From the NCBI GenBank assembly GCA_964650745.1, contig CAZYUX010000001.1, positions 1-49,210 of the forward strand: a stretch of 49,210 bases of DNA, in the 5' to 3' direction. A model generated the notes under the pieces. That model saw only the letters and a list, made by a program, of their open reading frames with translations, did no database searches and had not been told where the DNA came from. The position numbers were made by a program, and so were the translations under genes. Numbering within the stretch: the stretch's first letter is position 1; each line of letters starts with the position of its first letter. This DNA is from an uncultured Puniceicoccaceae bacterium (GTDB taxonomy: Bacteria > Verrucomicrobiota > Verrucomicrobiia > Opitutales > CAZYUX01). Shown piece by piece: positions 7,714 to 15,720 of this stretch.

Positions 7714-9519
7714 ATGAGCCGCAACATATTCAAGGAAACAAGCTTGTCACCCCGGGCCATCTCCGCCGGAGACAGCGCCGAATTTATCATCCGGTTAATC
7801 GCGGGCCCGGATTTCACCAAAGAAAAATCCCGGATCATCTTCGATTTTCCCGGCACACTGGGAATGTCGCGGCCCGGCCTCATGCACCAGGAGGAGTCCG
7901 GTTTTGTCCAGGTTTACGTGAGCAATCCGGAAACCGGCTATCAGTTGCGGGTGTGGGACATGGAGATAGCGGATTTTATCAGCCGGGAGAAAAGGAGCTG
8001 GCGGGAGATGGCGGCCCGGCTGGCGGTGCTCGATCTGGACGGCGGCATAAAGGAGGGCGACGTGCTCGAGCTGCGCTGGGGCGACGCTTCGGGAGGTTTC
8101 GGACCGGGGACGAAAGTGACTTCCGTAGTGCCCCGGCGAAAATTCGAGTGCCGGGTTCACGTCCGGTACTTCGAGAGCCATGAGGACGGGCTTCCGGATT
8201 TCGGGCGCTCCTTCAAGGGTTATGAGCGGCCCGCGCCTGTTTGCGAAGCCGCCCTGCCGTTCCGGGTTCTGCCCAGGCCAGCCAGCCGCCTGCGGCTGCT
8301 TCGCAAAACGGACCGCGCCCTGCTTATTCCCCATGATATTTACTGTAACGTGGCGGAAGACATCCCGCTGGATGAGCTGGTTGAAACCGCCGCCGCGCCG
8401 TCTCAAAACGAACTCGGAGTGTATCAGTTCGCGGATAAAAACGTCCAAGTGGCGGCGCGCAAACTGCCTTTGCGGCAGACCCCGGCAATGGATAACGTGT
8501 TCGAGGGATATAACCTCTACTGGGGTGACCTGCACACGCACTCCGCTTTTTCGAATGACTGCGTCGAGCGCGAGAAAATGGATATGCGGCCGGGGGATTT
8601 GATGGCGTTTGCCCGCCAGCGCGCCGGACTGGATTTCCATGCCGTGACCGACCACCACCAGCCCTGGGACATTGAAAGGAATAAAATCGGCCGGGATTGC
8701 TGGGAGGAAACAATCGAGTCAGCGCGAGAACACGACCGCGCTGGAGAGTTTCTGGTTTTTCCCGGAATCGAGTTCCGCTGCCGCCGGGGGGACACGGTGG
8801 TCCTCTTCAACGGGTTTCCCGAATACAAGGAAATAGACCGGCCCGAATGGCGGGACATCCGCGAAGTGTGGAAGGCTCTGCCGGGAAATGACTTCCTGAC
8901 CATCCCTCATTTTCACAATCCCGGCGGGCTGGAGCCGGACGAGTGGTGGGAGCGCCTGGCGGGCGGCATCGAGCCGGTCCTGGAAATTTTCTCCTGCCAC
9001 GGAAGCTACGAGCGCGCGGACGCCCTCGAACACCGCATCCCGCTCTCGAAACATGCGCGCCCAGACCGTTATGGGGCTTATTTCTTGCGCCGCGGGCTGC
9101 GCTATGGCCTGGTCTGCAATTCTGACGGCCACAAGGGCCACGCCGGCATGAACGGGGTAACGGCCGTCTTCGCCAAATCTCTGGATAAAAATGCGCTGCT
9201 GGAGGCTTGCCGTCAGCGCCGGGTTTACGGGACGACCAACGCCCGCATCCGTTTGATCTTCACCGGCAACGGCCAGCTTATGGGCTCCATCGTTCCCAAT
9301 GCCTCCGAAAAGCGCCTGTTCATTGACGTGACCGGGGAAGGCCCTCTGAAGAAGGTGGAAATTTTCCGCAATGCGGAACTCTGGCGGCGCTTTGCCCCGG
9401 AGGGGTTGACTTTCCAAACCGAGCTGGCCGTCCGCGAGGACGATCCCTCTTTCTGGAATGTCCGCGTCACGCAGACGGACAACCACATCGCTTTCTCCAG
9501 CCCGCTCTGGTTCGAGTAG
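7714..9519 (+). CDS. PHP-fold metallohydrolase-like protein (DUF3604 / CehA-McbA-like) with an N-terminal region of about 260 aa of unknown function
   Basis: Metal-binding motifs of the PHP fold are present: 'YWGDLHTHSAFSNDC', 'FHAVTDHH', 'PGIEFR' and 'CNSDGHKGH'. The N-terminal third has no motif I recognise. Confidence 0.6.
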   Translation: MSRNIFKETSLSPRAISAGDSAEFIIRLIAGPDFTKEKSRIIFDFPGTLGMSRPGLMHQEESGFVQVYVSNPETGYQLRVWDMEIADFISREKRSWREMAARLAVLDLDGGIKEGDVLELRWGDASGGFGPGTKVTSVVPRRKFECRVHVRYFESHEDGLPDFGRSFKGYERPAPVCEAALPFRVLPRPASRLRLLRKTDRALLIPHDIYCNVAEDIPLDELVETAAAPSQNELGVYQFADKNVQVAARKLPLRQTPAMDNVFEGYNLYWGDLHTHSAFSNDCVEREKMDMRPGDLMAFARQRAGLDFHAVTDHHQPWDIERNKIGRDCWEETIESAREHDRAGEFLVFPGIEFRCRRGDTVVLFNGFPEYKEIDRPEWRDIREVWKALPGNDFLTIPHFHNPGGLEPDEWWERLAGGIEPVLEIFSCHGSYERADALEHRIPLSKHARPDRYGAYFLRRGLRYGLVCNSDGHKGHAGMNGVTAVFAKSLDKNALLEACRQRRVYGTTNARIRLIFTGNGQLMGSIVPNASEKRLFIDVTGEGPLKKVEIFRNAELWRRFAPEGLTFQTELAVREDDPSFWNVRVTQTDNHIAFSSPLWFE

Positions 9520-9533
9520 GCTTTCCCGGCCGG

Positions 9534-10667
9534 TCAAATATCAATCAAACCGAGGAACTCCTGGTTGGTGGCGGTTTTGCCGAGGCGCTCGATGGCTGTT
9601 TCGGCGGCTTCCTCGACTTTCATGCTGGTGAGGGCGCGGCGGAAGAAATGGCATTTTTCGAGTGTTTTCTTGTCGAGAAGCAATTCCTCGCGCCGGGTTC
9701 CGGAAGCGGAGATGTTCATGGCCGGCCAGAGGCGCAAGTCGGCAACCTTGCGGTCCAAAACCATCTCCATGTTGCCGGTTCCTTTGAATTCCTGGAAGAT
9801 GTGCTCGTCCATTTTGCTTCCGGTCTCGATAAGGGCGGAGGCGATGATGGTGAGGCTGCCGGCTTCCTCGGTGTTGCGCGCGGCGGAAAAGAGCTGGCGG
9901 GGTTTTTCGAGGGCGCGGATGTCAAGCCCGCCTGTCATGGTGCGGCCGCCGCCGCCCTTGGCCGCGTTGTAGGCGCGGGAGAGGCGGGTCAGGGAATCGA
10001 GCAGAACCACCACGTCGCGCCCCGCCTCGACCAGCCGCTTGGCATGGTCAATGGCCAGCTCGGAGATGCGCAAGTGGCTGGCCAGCTCCTCGTCGTTTGA
10101 GGAAGCAAAAATCTCGCAGGGCACACTGCGTTTCATGTCGGTGACTTCCTCCGGGCGCTCGTCCACCAGCAGCATCATGACTTGGCATTGGGGGTGATTT
10201 TCCAGGACGCCAAGGGCGATATCGCGCAACAGGATGGTTTTGCCGGTGCGCGGAGGGGCCACAATGAGGCCGCGCTGGCCTTTGCCGACAGGACAGAAGA
10301 TGTCCATCATGCGGGTTGTCATGGCGCCGTCACTTTTCTCCAGTTTCAGCCAGGTGTCGGGGGTGATGGTGGTAAGTTGCTCGAAGGCCGGCTTTTTCTT
10401 GCGCTGGTCCACGGGCAGGCCGTCTATGGTTTCCACGTAGCGAACCTTGGGGTTCGGAAAACGGTCGTCGCGGTGGGCCACGCCCGTGACCGCGCTGCCT
10501 TGTTTGATTTTGAACCGGCGCACCATTTCCCGGGGCAGAAAAGGGTCGCCGGACCGTCTTTTGCCGTGCCAGGAAGCGATGTTCAGCAGTTGGCCGGACT
10601 TGTTTTGGACTGGCTCATAGACGCCTTCCACGTGTATGCTCGGGTCTTCTTTTTTATCGTTATCCAT
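9534..10667 (-). CDS. rho: Transcription termination factor Rho (short form, 377 aa)
   Basis: 'GKGQRGLIVAPPRTGKTILLRDIA' (Walker A), 'LLVDERPEEVTDM', 'VVVLLDSLTRLSRAYN' and 'GSLTIIASALIETGSKMDE'. The OB-fold RNA-binding part is 'REMVRRFKIKQGSAVTG'. Confidence 0.95.
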   Translation of the reverse strand: MDNDKKEDPSIHVEGVYEPVQNKSGQLLNIASWHGKRRSGDPFLPREMVRRFKIKQGSAVTGVAHRDDRFPNPKVRYVETIDGLPVDQRKKKPAFEQLTTITPDTWLKLEKSDGAMTTRMMDIFCPVGKGQRGLIVAPPRTGKTILLRDIALGVLENHPQCQVMMLLVDERPEEVTDMKRSVPCEIFASSNDEELASHLRISELAIDHAKRLVEAGRDVVVLLDSLTRLSRAYNAAKGGGGRTMTGGLDIRALEKPRQLFSAARNTEEAGSLTIIASALIETGSKMDEHIFQEFKGTGNMEMVLDRKVADLRLWPAMNISASGTRREELLLDKKTLEKCHFFRRALTSMKVEEAAETAIERLGKTATNQEFLGLIDI

Positions 10668-10954
10668 TAGCGTGCGGAAAATGCCTGCATGATTAAACCC
10701 GGGAAACCGGGAACTATCCTGAAGGGGAACGGGCGCTGTCGGCGTTATGGCGGAAAAATCCCGCCGGACTGGCGTATTACGGATGTGTCGTAAAACCCCC
10801 CGCGAGAAAAATACTGGATAATCATTGTGGAAACACCGGCAGTTTTGTCAATGCCCCAAAATGGCTGAACGGCATTTTTTTTCCGGCCCGTTCCGGGGGC
10901 GGCATCCGGCATTGACAGCGCCGCCGGGCGGCATTTTACAAGAAGGGACGCAAG

Positions 10955-11572
10955 ATGCCCGCAGGAAAGAACCGTGACCTTTCGTTTACCCTTATCGAGT
11001 TAATTGCGGTAATGGCGGCGGCGGCCATTCTAACGGCGCTGCTCTTCCCAACCATCAGCGCGGTGAAGAGAAGCGTGCTGGCGGCCAAGACCAAGGCAAT
11101 GTTCGCCCGTTACGCTTTGGCTTACGGCCAATTCAGGGCGGAAAAACATTACTATCCGTCCATGGGCGCTCCGGAGAGCGCCCGGTTCGACCTGAACGGC
11201 GGCGGCGAAAACAACGCGGTGTTTATCCAAACCCTGTCGGGCAGAAAGAAAAACGGCGGCGAAGCGGACCATCCCTACGCTCTCCGGGTCAATCCAAAGA
11301 AGTTCTCTTATTGCGTGTTCACGGAGGGTGATTTCGCCCCGCCGGGCAGTCAATATGCCGGGAGAATCGCGGACGCTTTTGGGAATCCGAACATTGTGGC
11401 CGTGGCGGACTTGGACCAGAACGGGGTTATCGCCCCGGAGGATTTCGCGCCCGGCGATTTGGAGGGGCTGCCTTTGGAAGAACGGGGCCTGCCCGTTCAC
11501 GCCGGGGTGGTTTTTATTTCCAGCAATGCCGCCGCGAATTCCGGTTGGCAGTGGGTTTACAGCTGGAAATAG
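10955..11572 (+). CDS. Prepilin-type N-terminal cleavage/methylation domain protein (pseudopilin 1)
   Basis: The N-terminus reads 'NRDLS|FTLIELIAVMAAAAILTALLFP'. This is the class III signal motif with Glu at +5 followed by a hydrophobic helix. Position -1 is Ser, not Gly. Confidence 0.8.
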   Translation: MPAGKNRDLSFTLIELIAVMAAAAILTALLFPTISAVKRSVLAAKTKAMFARYALAYGQFRAEKHYYPSMGAPESARFDLNGGGENNAVFIQTLSGRKKNGGEADHPYALRVNPKKFSYCVFTEGDFAPPGSQYAGRIADAFGNPNIVAVADLDQNGVIAPEDFAPGDLEGLPLEERGLPVHAGVVFISSNAAANSGWQWVYSWK

Positions 11573-11591
11573 GGGAAAAGGGGAGCGCTTG

Positions 11592-12209
11592 ATGAGGGAA
11601 AAGCAAACACCGGCGGCGTCATTCACCTTGGTTGAGGTGCTCACGACGGTTTTATTGCTGGGCATTATTATTACCGGAATAAGCCTGATTCGCTGGAGCG
11701 GCAATCCCGCCGGGAACTTGCGGGCGGGCCGGCAAACAGCGGCCGCCTTGGCTCGGGCGGCCAGGGCACAGGCGATGCTTCACCGTGTTCCGGCCCGGCT
11801 GATTGTCCACGCCGGCAAGGAAGACGCTGAAAGATACCTGTGCTTTCTCGCGGTGGTGCGGCGCAGCGGCGCTGCCGGCGGGGGATTCGTCTGGGAACCG
11901 GAAGGGCGGGGAGAGCCGCTGCCCGCGGGCGTGCGCTTCTGGCCGGAACAAAGCGCCGGTCCGGGCGGCGAACCGCTTCCGGAAATGCTCCTGCCCGTGC
12001 CGGAAGGCGGCGGGGAACTTGAAGAAGGGAAGGGCGCGCGGTGGTTTTATTATGAATTTACTTCCGGCGGAGAAGCCGCGCGGCCCGGAGCGAAATTTTC
12101 GCTGGCCATGCCGCGGCTGCCGGATGCCGGGACGGATTATGTTTTCGGGGAAGACGCGCCCGCCGCCGGCTTTGTCATTCATAAACTGGGCAGCTTGACT
12201 TTTTTCTAA
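11592..12209 (+). CDS. Prepilin-type N-terminal methylation domain protein (pseudopilin 2, GspH/FimT-like by size)
   Basis: The internal Met of track ORF 11328..12209 is preceded by 'GGGGAAAAGGGGAG'. The N-terminus is 'MREKQTPAAS|FTLVEVLTTVLLLGIIITG'. The upstream 88 codons overlap the end of the previous gene in another frame. Confidence 0.75.
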   Translation: MREKQTPAASFTLVEVLTTVLLLGIIITGISLIRWSGNPAGNLRAGRQTAAALARAARAQAMLHRVPARLIVHAGKEDAERYLCFLAVVRRSGAAGGGFVWEPEGRGEPLPAGVRFWPEQSAGPGGEPLPEMLLPVPEGGGELEEGKGARWFYYEFTSGGEAARPGAKFSLAMPRLPDAGTDYVFGEDAPAAGFVIHKLGSLTFF

Positions 12210-12772
12210 TGACCGTCCGGAAACACTTGCGGCGGCGCGGCCGCAACAGAAGCTTGCGCGCTTTCACACTGGCCGAGACCGTGTTCGCCGCGGCTTTGTT
12301 CGGCTTGGCGCTGTATGTGTTATGGGCTTTGTGGATGCCGCTGACGGGTTCGCTGCGCCAGGCGCGGGAGGATAACCGGACCGCCATCCTGATGAGCGAG
12401 ATCGACGCTTTCATTCGGGAATGGAGCTATGAGGAGGTCAGCGGCTGGGTGAAAAAAGGAAAACGGAAAATCCTGCTGCCTCTTTTCCCGGAAAACGGCA
12501 AAGCGCCGCCCGCTTTTATCGACCCCGAAACAGACGGGCTCGACAATGTGTTCCGGGAAGCTTCAAAAGCGCTTTTCGGCGTCATTCTTACACGGGCGGG
12601 ATGGTCTCCGGAACCGGGTGACACCAGCGCGTGTGTCGTGCTGGAAGCGGGCGTTTACCGTTTGCCGCCATATCAAAATCCGGCGCAACTGGAAAAAGCG
12701 CTGGCCGCCATTGCCGGAGATCCGGCCGCTGACGAGCCTGTGCTGCGTTTCCATCTGGTCAAAAACCGTTAG
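12209..12772 (+). CDS. Pseudopilin-like protein 3 with a degenerate prepilin motif
   Basis: 'RRRGRNRSLRA|FTLAETVFAAALFGLALYVLWAL' has Glu at +5 and Ala at -1. Its start overlaps the upstream stop (TAATG), which indicates translational coupling. Confidence 0.65.
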   Translation: MTVRKHLRRRGRNRSLRAFTLAETVFAAALFGLALYVLWALWMPLTGSLRQAREDNRTAILMSEIDAFIREWSYEEVSGWVKKGKRKILLPLFPENGKAPPAFIDPETDGLDNVFREASKALFGVILTRAGWSPEPGDTSACVVLEAGVYRLPPYQNPAQLEKALAAIAGDPAADEPVLRFHLVKNR

Positions 12773-12789
12773 AGGATGACGTTTCCGCC

Positions 12790-13611
12790 ATGTCCGTTTT
12801 TTCCAGGCGCAAAGGATTCACGTTAATCGAGCTGCTGGCGGCGGCCGGGCTGACAGCGGCGATGGCCGCGGTTGTCATCGCTTTGGCAGGCGCCATGATG
12901 CGGGCCTGGAACCGCGCCGCGGACAGTGCGGAGATGGACCGGACCGCCGCTTTGGCCCTGGATTACATCCAAGCGGATCTGGAAGGCGCGGTTTTCCTCG
13001 CGGACGGAAATGTGTGGTTATTAGCGGACGTTTCCGGCAACCCCTTATTGCCCGGCCAAAAAAACACCTGGCTGCGTTTTATTACGGCATCGGCTGCCGG
13101 CGGGCGGAACACTTCGGCGCCGGCGGCCGTCAGTTACTCGCTCCAATACGCCGATCCCTCCGGTGGCGGGCGGATGTGGGCGCTTTACCGCGCGGTGGTT
13201 GATCCCGGAAAAACCTATGCCGATTTCACCGGGCGCGGCGATGCGGGGCTCGCCAAACTGGCCGCGAAACAGGAGTCCGATTTTCTCGGCCCGGAACACA
13301 ACGGCGCGGCCAACAGCCACGCGGAAGCACTCCTGGCCCCCGGAGCGGTTTCTTTTTCCATTACTTTTTATGTCCGGCGCGGGGGAGAACTATCGCCGGT
13401 TCCCTCCGGCTCCGTGCAAGTCCCCTTTGCCGAGCCGCCGCTTTTTCCGGCGCGCGCCGATGTTTCGCTGACGCTCCTGTCCGATGAAGGGCAGTCGCAA
13501 CTGGAAGCTGTTGCCGCTGGTGAAATTCCGGATTCGCAAAAAGAGCGCATCCTCCGCGCGCGCGCAACCGCTTACACCCGGCGGATTCATTTTTTCTGCC
13601 AGCTGCCGTAA
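12790..13611 (+). CDS. Prepilin-type N-terminal methylation domain protein (pseudopilin 4, GspJ/PulJ-like by size)
   Basis: 'MSVFSRRKG|FTLIELLAAAGLTAAMAAVVIAL' is the canonical G|FTLIE motif. At 273 aa it has the length expected of a large minor pseudopilin. Confidence 0.8.
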   Translation: MSVFSRRKGFTLIELLAAAGLTAAMAAVVIALAGAMMRAWNRAADSAEMDRTAALALDYIQADLEGAVFLADGNVWLLADVSGNPLLPGQKNTWLRFITASAAGGRNTSAPAAVSYSLQYADPSGGGRMWALYRAVVDPGKTYADFTGRGDAGLAKLAAKQESDFLGPEHNGAANSHAEALLAPGAVSFSITFYVRRGGELSPVPSGSVQVPFAEPPLFPARADVSLTLLSDEGQSQLEAVAAGEIPDSQKERILRARATAYTRRIHFFCQLP

Positions 13612-13628
13612 AGCGCGCCAAGGAGCTT

Positions 13629-14588
13629 TCACGGGAGTTTTGCGCCGCGTCCGGCAAGGAATAACTGATACCACTCTTCACGCGACAGGTTGACGCCGGG
13701 CGCCTGGCAGGCTTTTTTGATGCGCTCCGGCCGGCCGGTTCCGATGACCGGCTGGATGCCCGCCGGATGCCGGAGGATCCACGCCAGCGCAACGGCTTCC
13801 GCCGGAACGCCTTTGACTTGGGCCATTTCCGCCACCGCGCGCGCCAGGTTTTGGGTTCGCTCGTCCGCTTCGCCATCCGCGCGCCCGGTGAACCGGCCCT
13901 GGGCCAGGGGCGAGTAGGCCTGGATGGTGATGTCGCTCATCCGGCAGTATTCGAGCGTGCCTTCGCTGCGCGCGGGCTTGGGCGGGTCGTCGCGGTTCAC
14001 GATGACGCCTTCCGCGGCCAGGTTGCTGTGCAGCAAGCTGAATTGCATCTGGTTGACGATGAGCGGCCGGGAAATCCAGGCCTGGAGCAGGGCGATTTGC
14101 GCGGCATTGTGGTTGCTTACTCCGAAGTGGCGGACCTTGCCCTGGGCGTGCAACTGATCGAAAGCCATGGCCACTTCTTCCGGCTCCACCAATGGGTCGG
14201 GCCGGTGCAGCAACAGAACATCAAGGTAATCCGTGTCCAGCCTCGCCAGACTGCCTTCCACGGAACGCAGGATGTGCTCCCTGGAAAAATCGTACCGGTG
14301 CGGGCCGCTTTCACCAGCGAAACGGATACCGCACTTGCTTTGGATAATCACTTCGCCGCGCAGATTGGAGCGTCCGGTCCATATCCCGGAGAAAACCTCT
14401 TCGGACCTGCCCTGGGCGTAGATATCGGCGTGGTCGAAATAATTGACGCCGCGCTCCAGGGCGCATTCCAAGGCGGCCAAAGAGCGCTTTTTTTGCTCCG
14501 CCGTCAAGTCACCGTTCCATGGGGCCAGGCTGGCGCAACCATAAACGATCCGGGAGGCTTCCATACCGGAAACAGATTGTTTTTGCAT
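13629..14588 (-). CDS. Aldo/keto reductase family oxidoreductase
   Basis: 'ALERGVNYFDHADIYAQGRSEEVFG', 'LDTDYLDVLLLHRPD', 'GKVRHFGVSNHN' and 'ITIQAYSPLAQG' are typical AKR motifs. Confidence 0.9.
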   Translation of the reverse strand: MQKQSVSGMEASRIVYGCASLAPWNGDLTAEQKKRSLAALECALERGVNYFDHADIYAQGRSEEVFSGIWTGRSNLRGEVIIQSKCGIRFAGESGPHRYDFSREHILRSVEGSLARLDTDYLDVLLLHRPDPLVEPEEVAMAFDQLHAQGKVRHFGVSNHNAAQIALLQAWISRPLIVNQMQFSLLHSNLAAEGVIVNRDDPPKPARSEGTLEYCRMSDITIQAYSPLAQGRFTGRADGEADERTQNLARAVAEMAQVKGVPAEAVALAWILRHPAGIQPVIGTGRPERIKKACQAPGVNLSREEWYQLFLAGRGAKLP

Positions 14589-14854
14589 GACTCTGTCCTT
14601 AATTGTAATAATTCACATCCGCTTGCGTGAAACGGATGTCAACCCATTTGTCCGGTCAAAGCAAGACGAACTTCGGTTGGCGGAACGCCGCGCGCCCAGT
14701 CAATTTATTGTAAAAAATATATCAAAACACGGCCCATGCTGGAATTTTTTTAGAAATGAATTATCATAATTTTTGCCGCAGGCTTCCTTTGTCAAAAAAT
14801 TGACACGGAAAAGGTTTGTAACACGGGGTTGCATATTTATAAAAATTCACGGCA

Positions 14855-15316
14855 ATGACGAGCACAGACGATTCCAAAACAGCGGAAAAGGACGGTTTCG
14901 AGCCGCTGTTCACCGAGCATTACAACGGCGACGAATACCTGCATATTGACAGGATTCAGGAAGTCTGGCGGCGCAGCTTGCAACTGGTTTTTCCAAAAGA
15001 GAAGAACGTTTACGACTTGCTGCTCTGCTGCCGGGAGGTGGTCCTTAACGCCTTGGTGCACGGGTGCGACAAGGCGCCCGGAAAAACATCCAGCATGCAA
15101 GTGTCTTGCTGGAAAGACAAAAACCTGGCGCGTGTGCGCGTGGACGACCCCGGCCTGGGCCACCGCTTCGACCCCGGAGAACGCTTGCGCAGCCTCGAAC
15201 CCCTCGACGGCACCCACCTCGGGCTCGCCATGGTCAAGGCCTTCAGTAAATCTTTTGCCATTGAAAACGGCGGCTCGACTGTCACCTTTGAATTCGAAAT
15301 TAAAAACAAGCGCTAA
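14855..15316 (+). CDS. Anti-sigma-factor-type serine kinase (RsbW/SpoIIAB-like, HATPase_c_2)
   Basis: The N-box is 'REVVLNALVHG', the G1 box is 'VDDPGLGH' and the G2 box is 'GTHLGLAMV'. At 153 aa the size is typical. Confidence 0.8.
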   Translation: MTSTDDSKTAEKDGFEPLFTEHYNGDEYLHIDRIQEVWRRSLQLVFPKEKNVYDLLLCCREVVLNALVHGCDKAPGKTSSMQVSCWKDKNLARVRVDDPGLGHRFDPGERLRSLEPLDGTHLGLAMVKAFSKSFAIENGGSTVTFEFEIKNKR

Positions 15317-15654
15317 TGGTAAAGGCAACACACGACCCGAAGGAAAACATTCTCACTTTGGAAGTGGCCGGCGACTTGGTGAGCACCAGCGCTGAACCTT
15401 GCGCGGCTGAAATTGACGAGTGGCTGGCCCGGCATAAAAAAAAAGACTGGATACGGCTGGACCTCGATCTGCGGGCCTCTCGGCTGGTGGACTCCGTCGG
15501 CCTGAACGTCGTCATCGGCCTGGTAAAACGGCTGCAAAAGCAAAAAAAGGCCGTCAAGGTCTTTATCGCCAGCCCTTCGGTCAAGCGCGTGTTCGAATTC
15601 TCCCACCTCTCCGAACATGTGGAAGTCCATTATAAAAAACGCCGGTTCCGCTAA
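15316..15654 (+). CDS. STAS-domain anti-sigma-factor antagonist (RsbV/SpoIIAA-like)
   Basis: 'LDLDLRASRLVDSVGLNVVIGLVKRL' retains the phosphorylatable Ser in 'DSVGL'. The start overlaps the kinase stop (TAATG). Confidence 0.8.
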   Translation: MVKATHDPKENILTLEVAGDLVSTSAEPCAAEIDEWLARHKKKDWIRLDLDLRASRLVDSVGLNVVIGLVKRLQKQKKAVKVFIASPSVKRVFEFSHLSEHVEVHYKKRRFR

Positions 15655-15720
15655 TAAAGGAGCCGGGCCCGCGGTATTCACAAGCCGGCTTTGACCGGCG
15701 GCAATTAAACTGAAGGCGGG

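Noticed and set aside
10850-10882. A terminator-like hairpin 'AATGCC-N15-GGCATT' followed by T8 lies on the plus strand, in the divergent rho/pseudopilin spacer.
   Set aside because: The stem is only 6 bp with a large loop. No upstream plus-strand gene or clear promoter exists that it could terminate. It might be a leader attenuator or small-RNA end, but the sequence alone does not support a call.
11328-11591. Several track ORFs carry long N-terminal extensions: pseudopilin 2 (11328), the MTase (to 37093, overlapping secA), UXS (to 41342), ruvA (to 29948) and the MtaB-like gene (22407).
   Set aside because: The extensions overlap neighbouring genes or have junk composition. Internal Met codons reproduce the canonical family N-termini.
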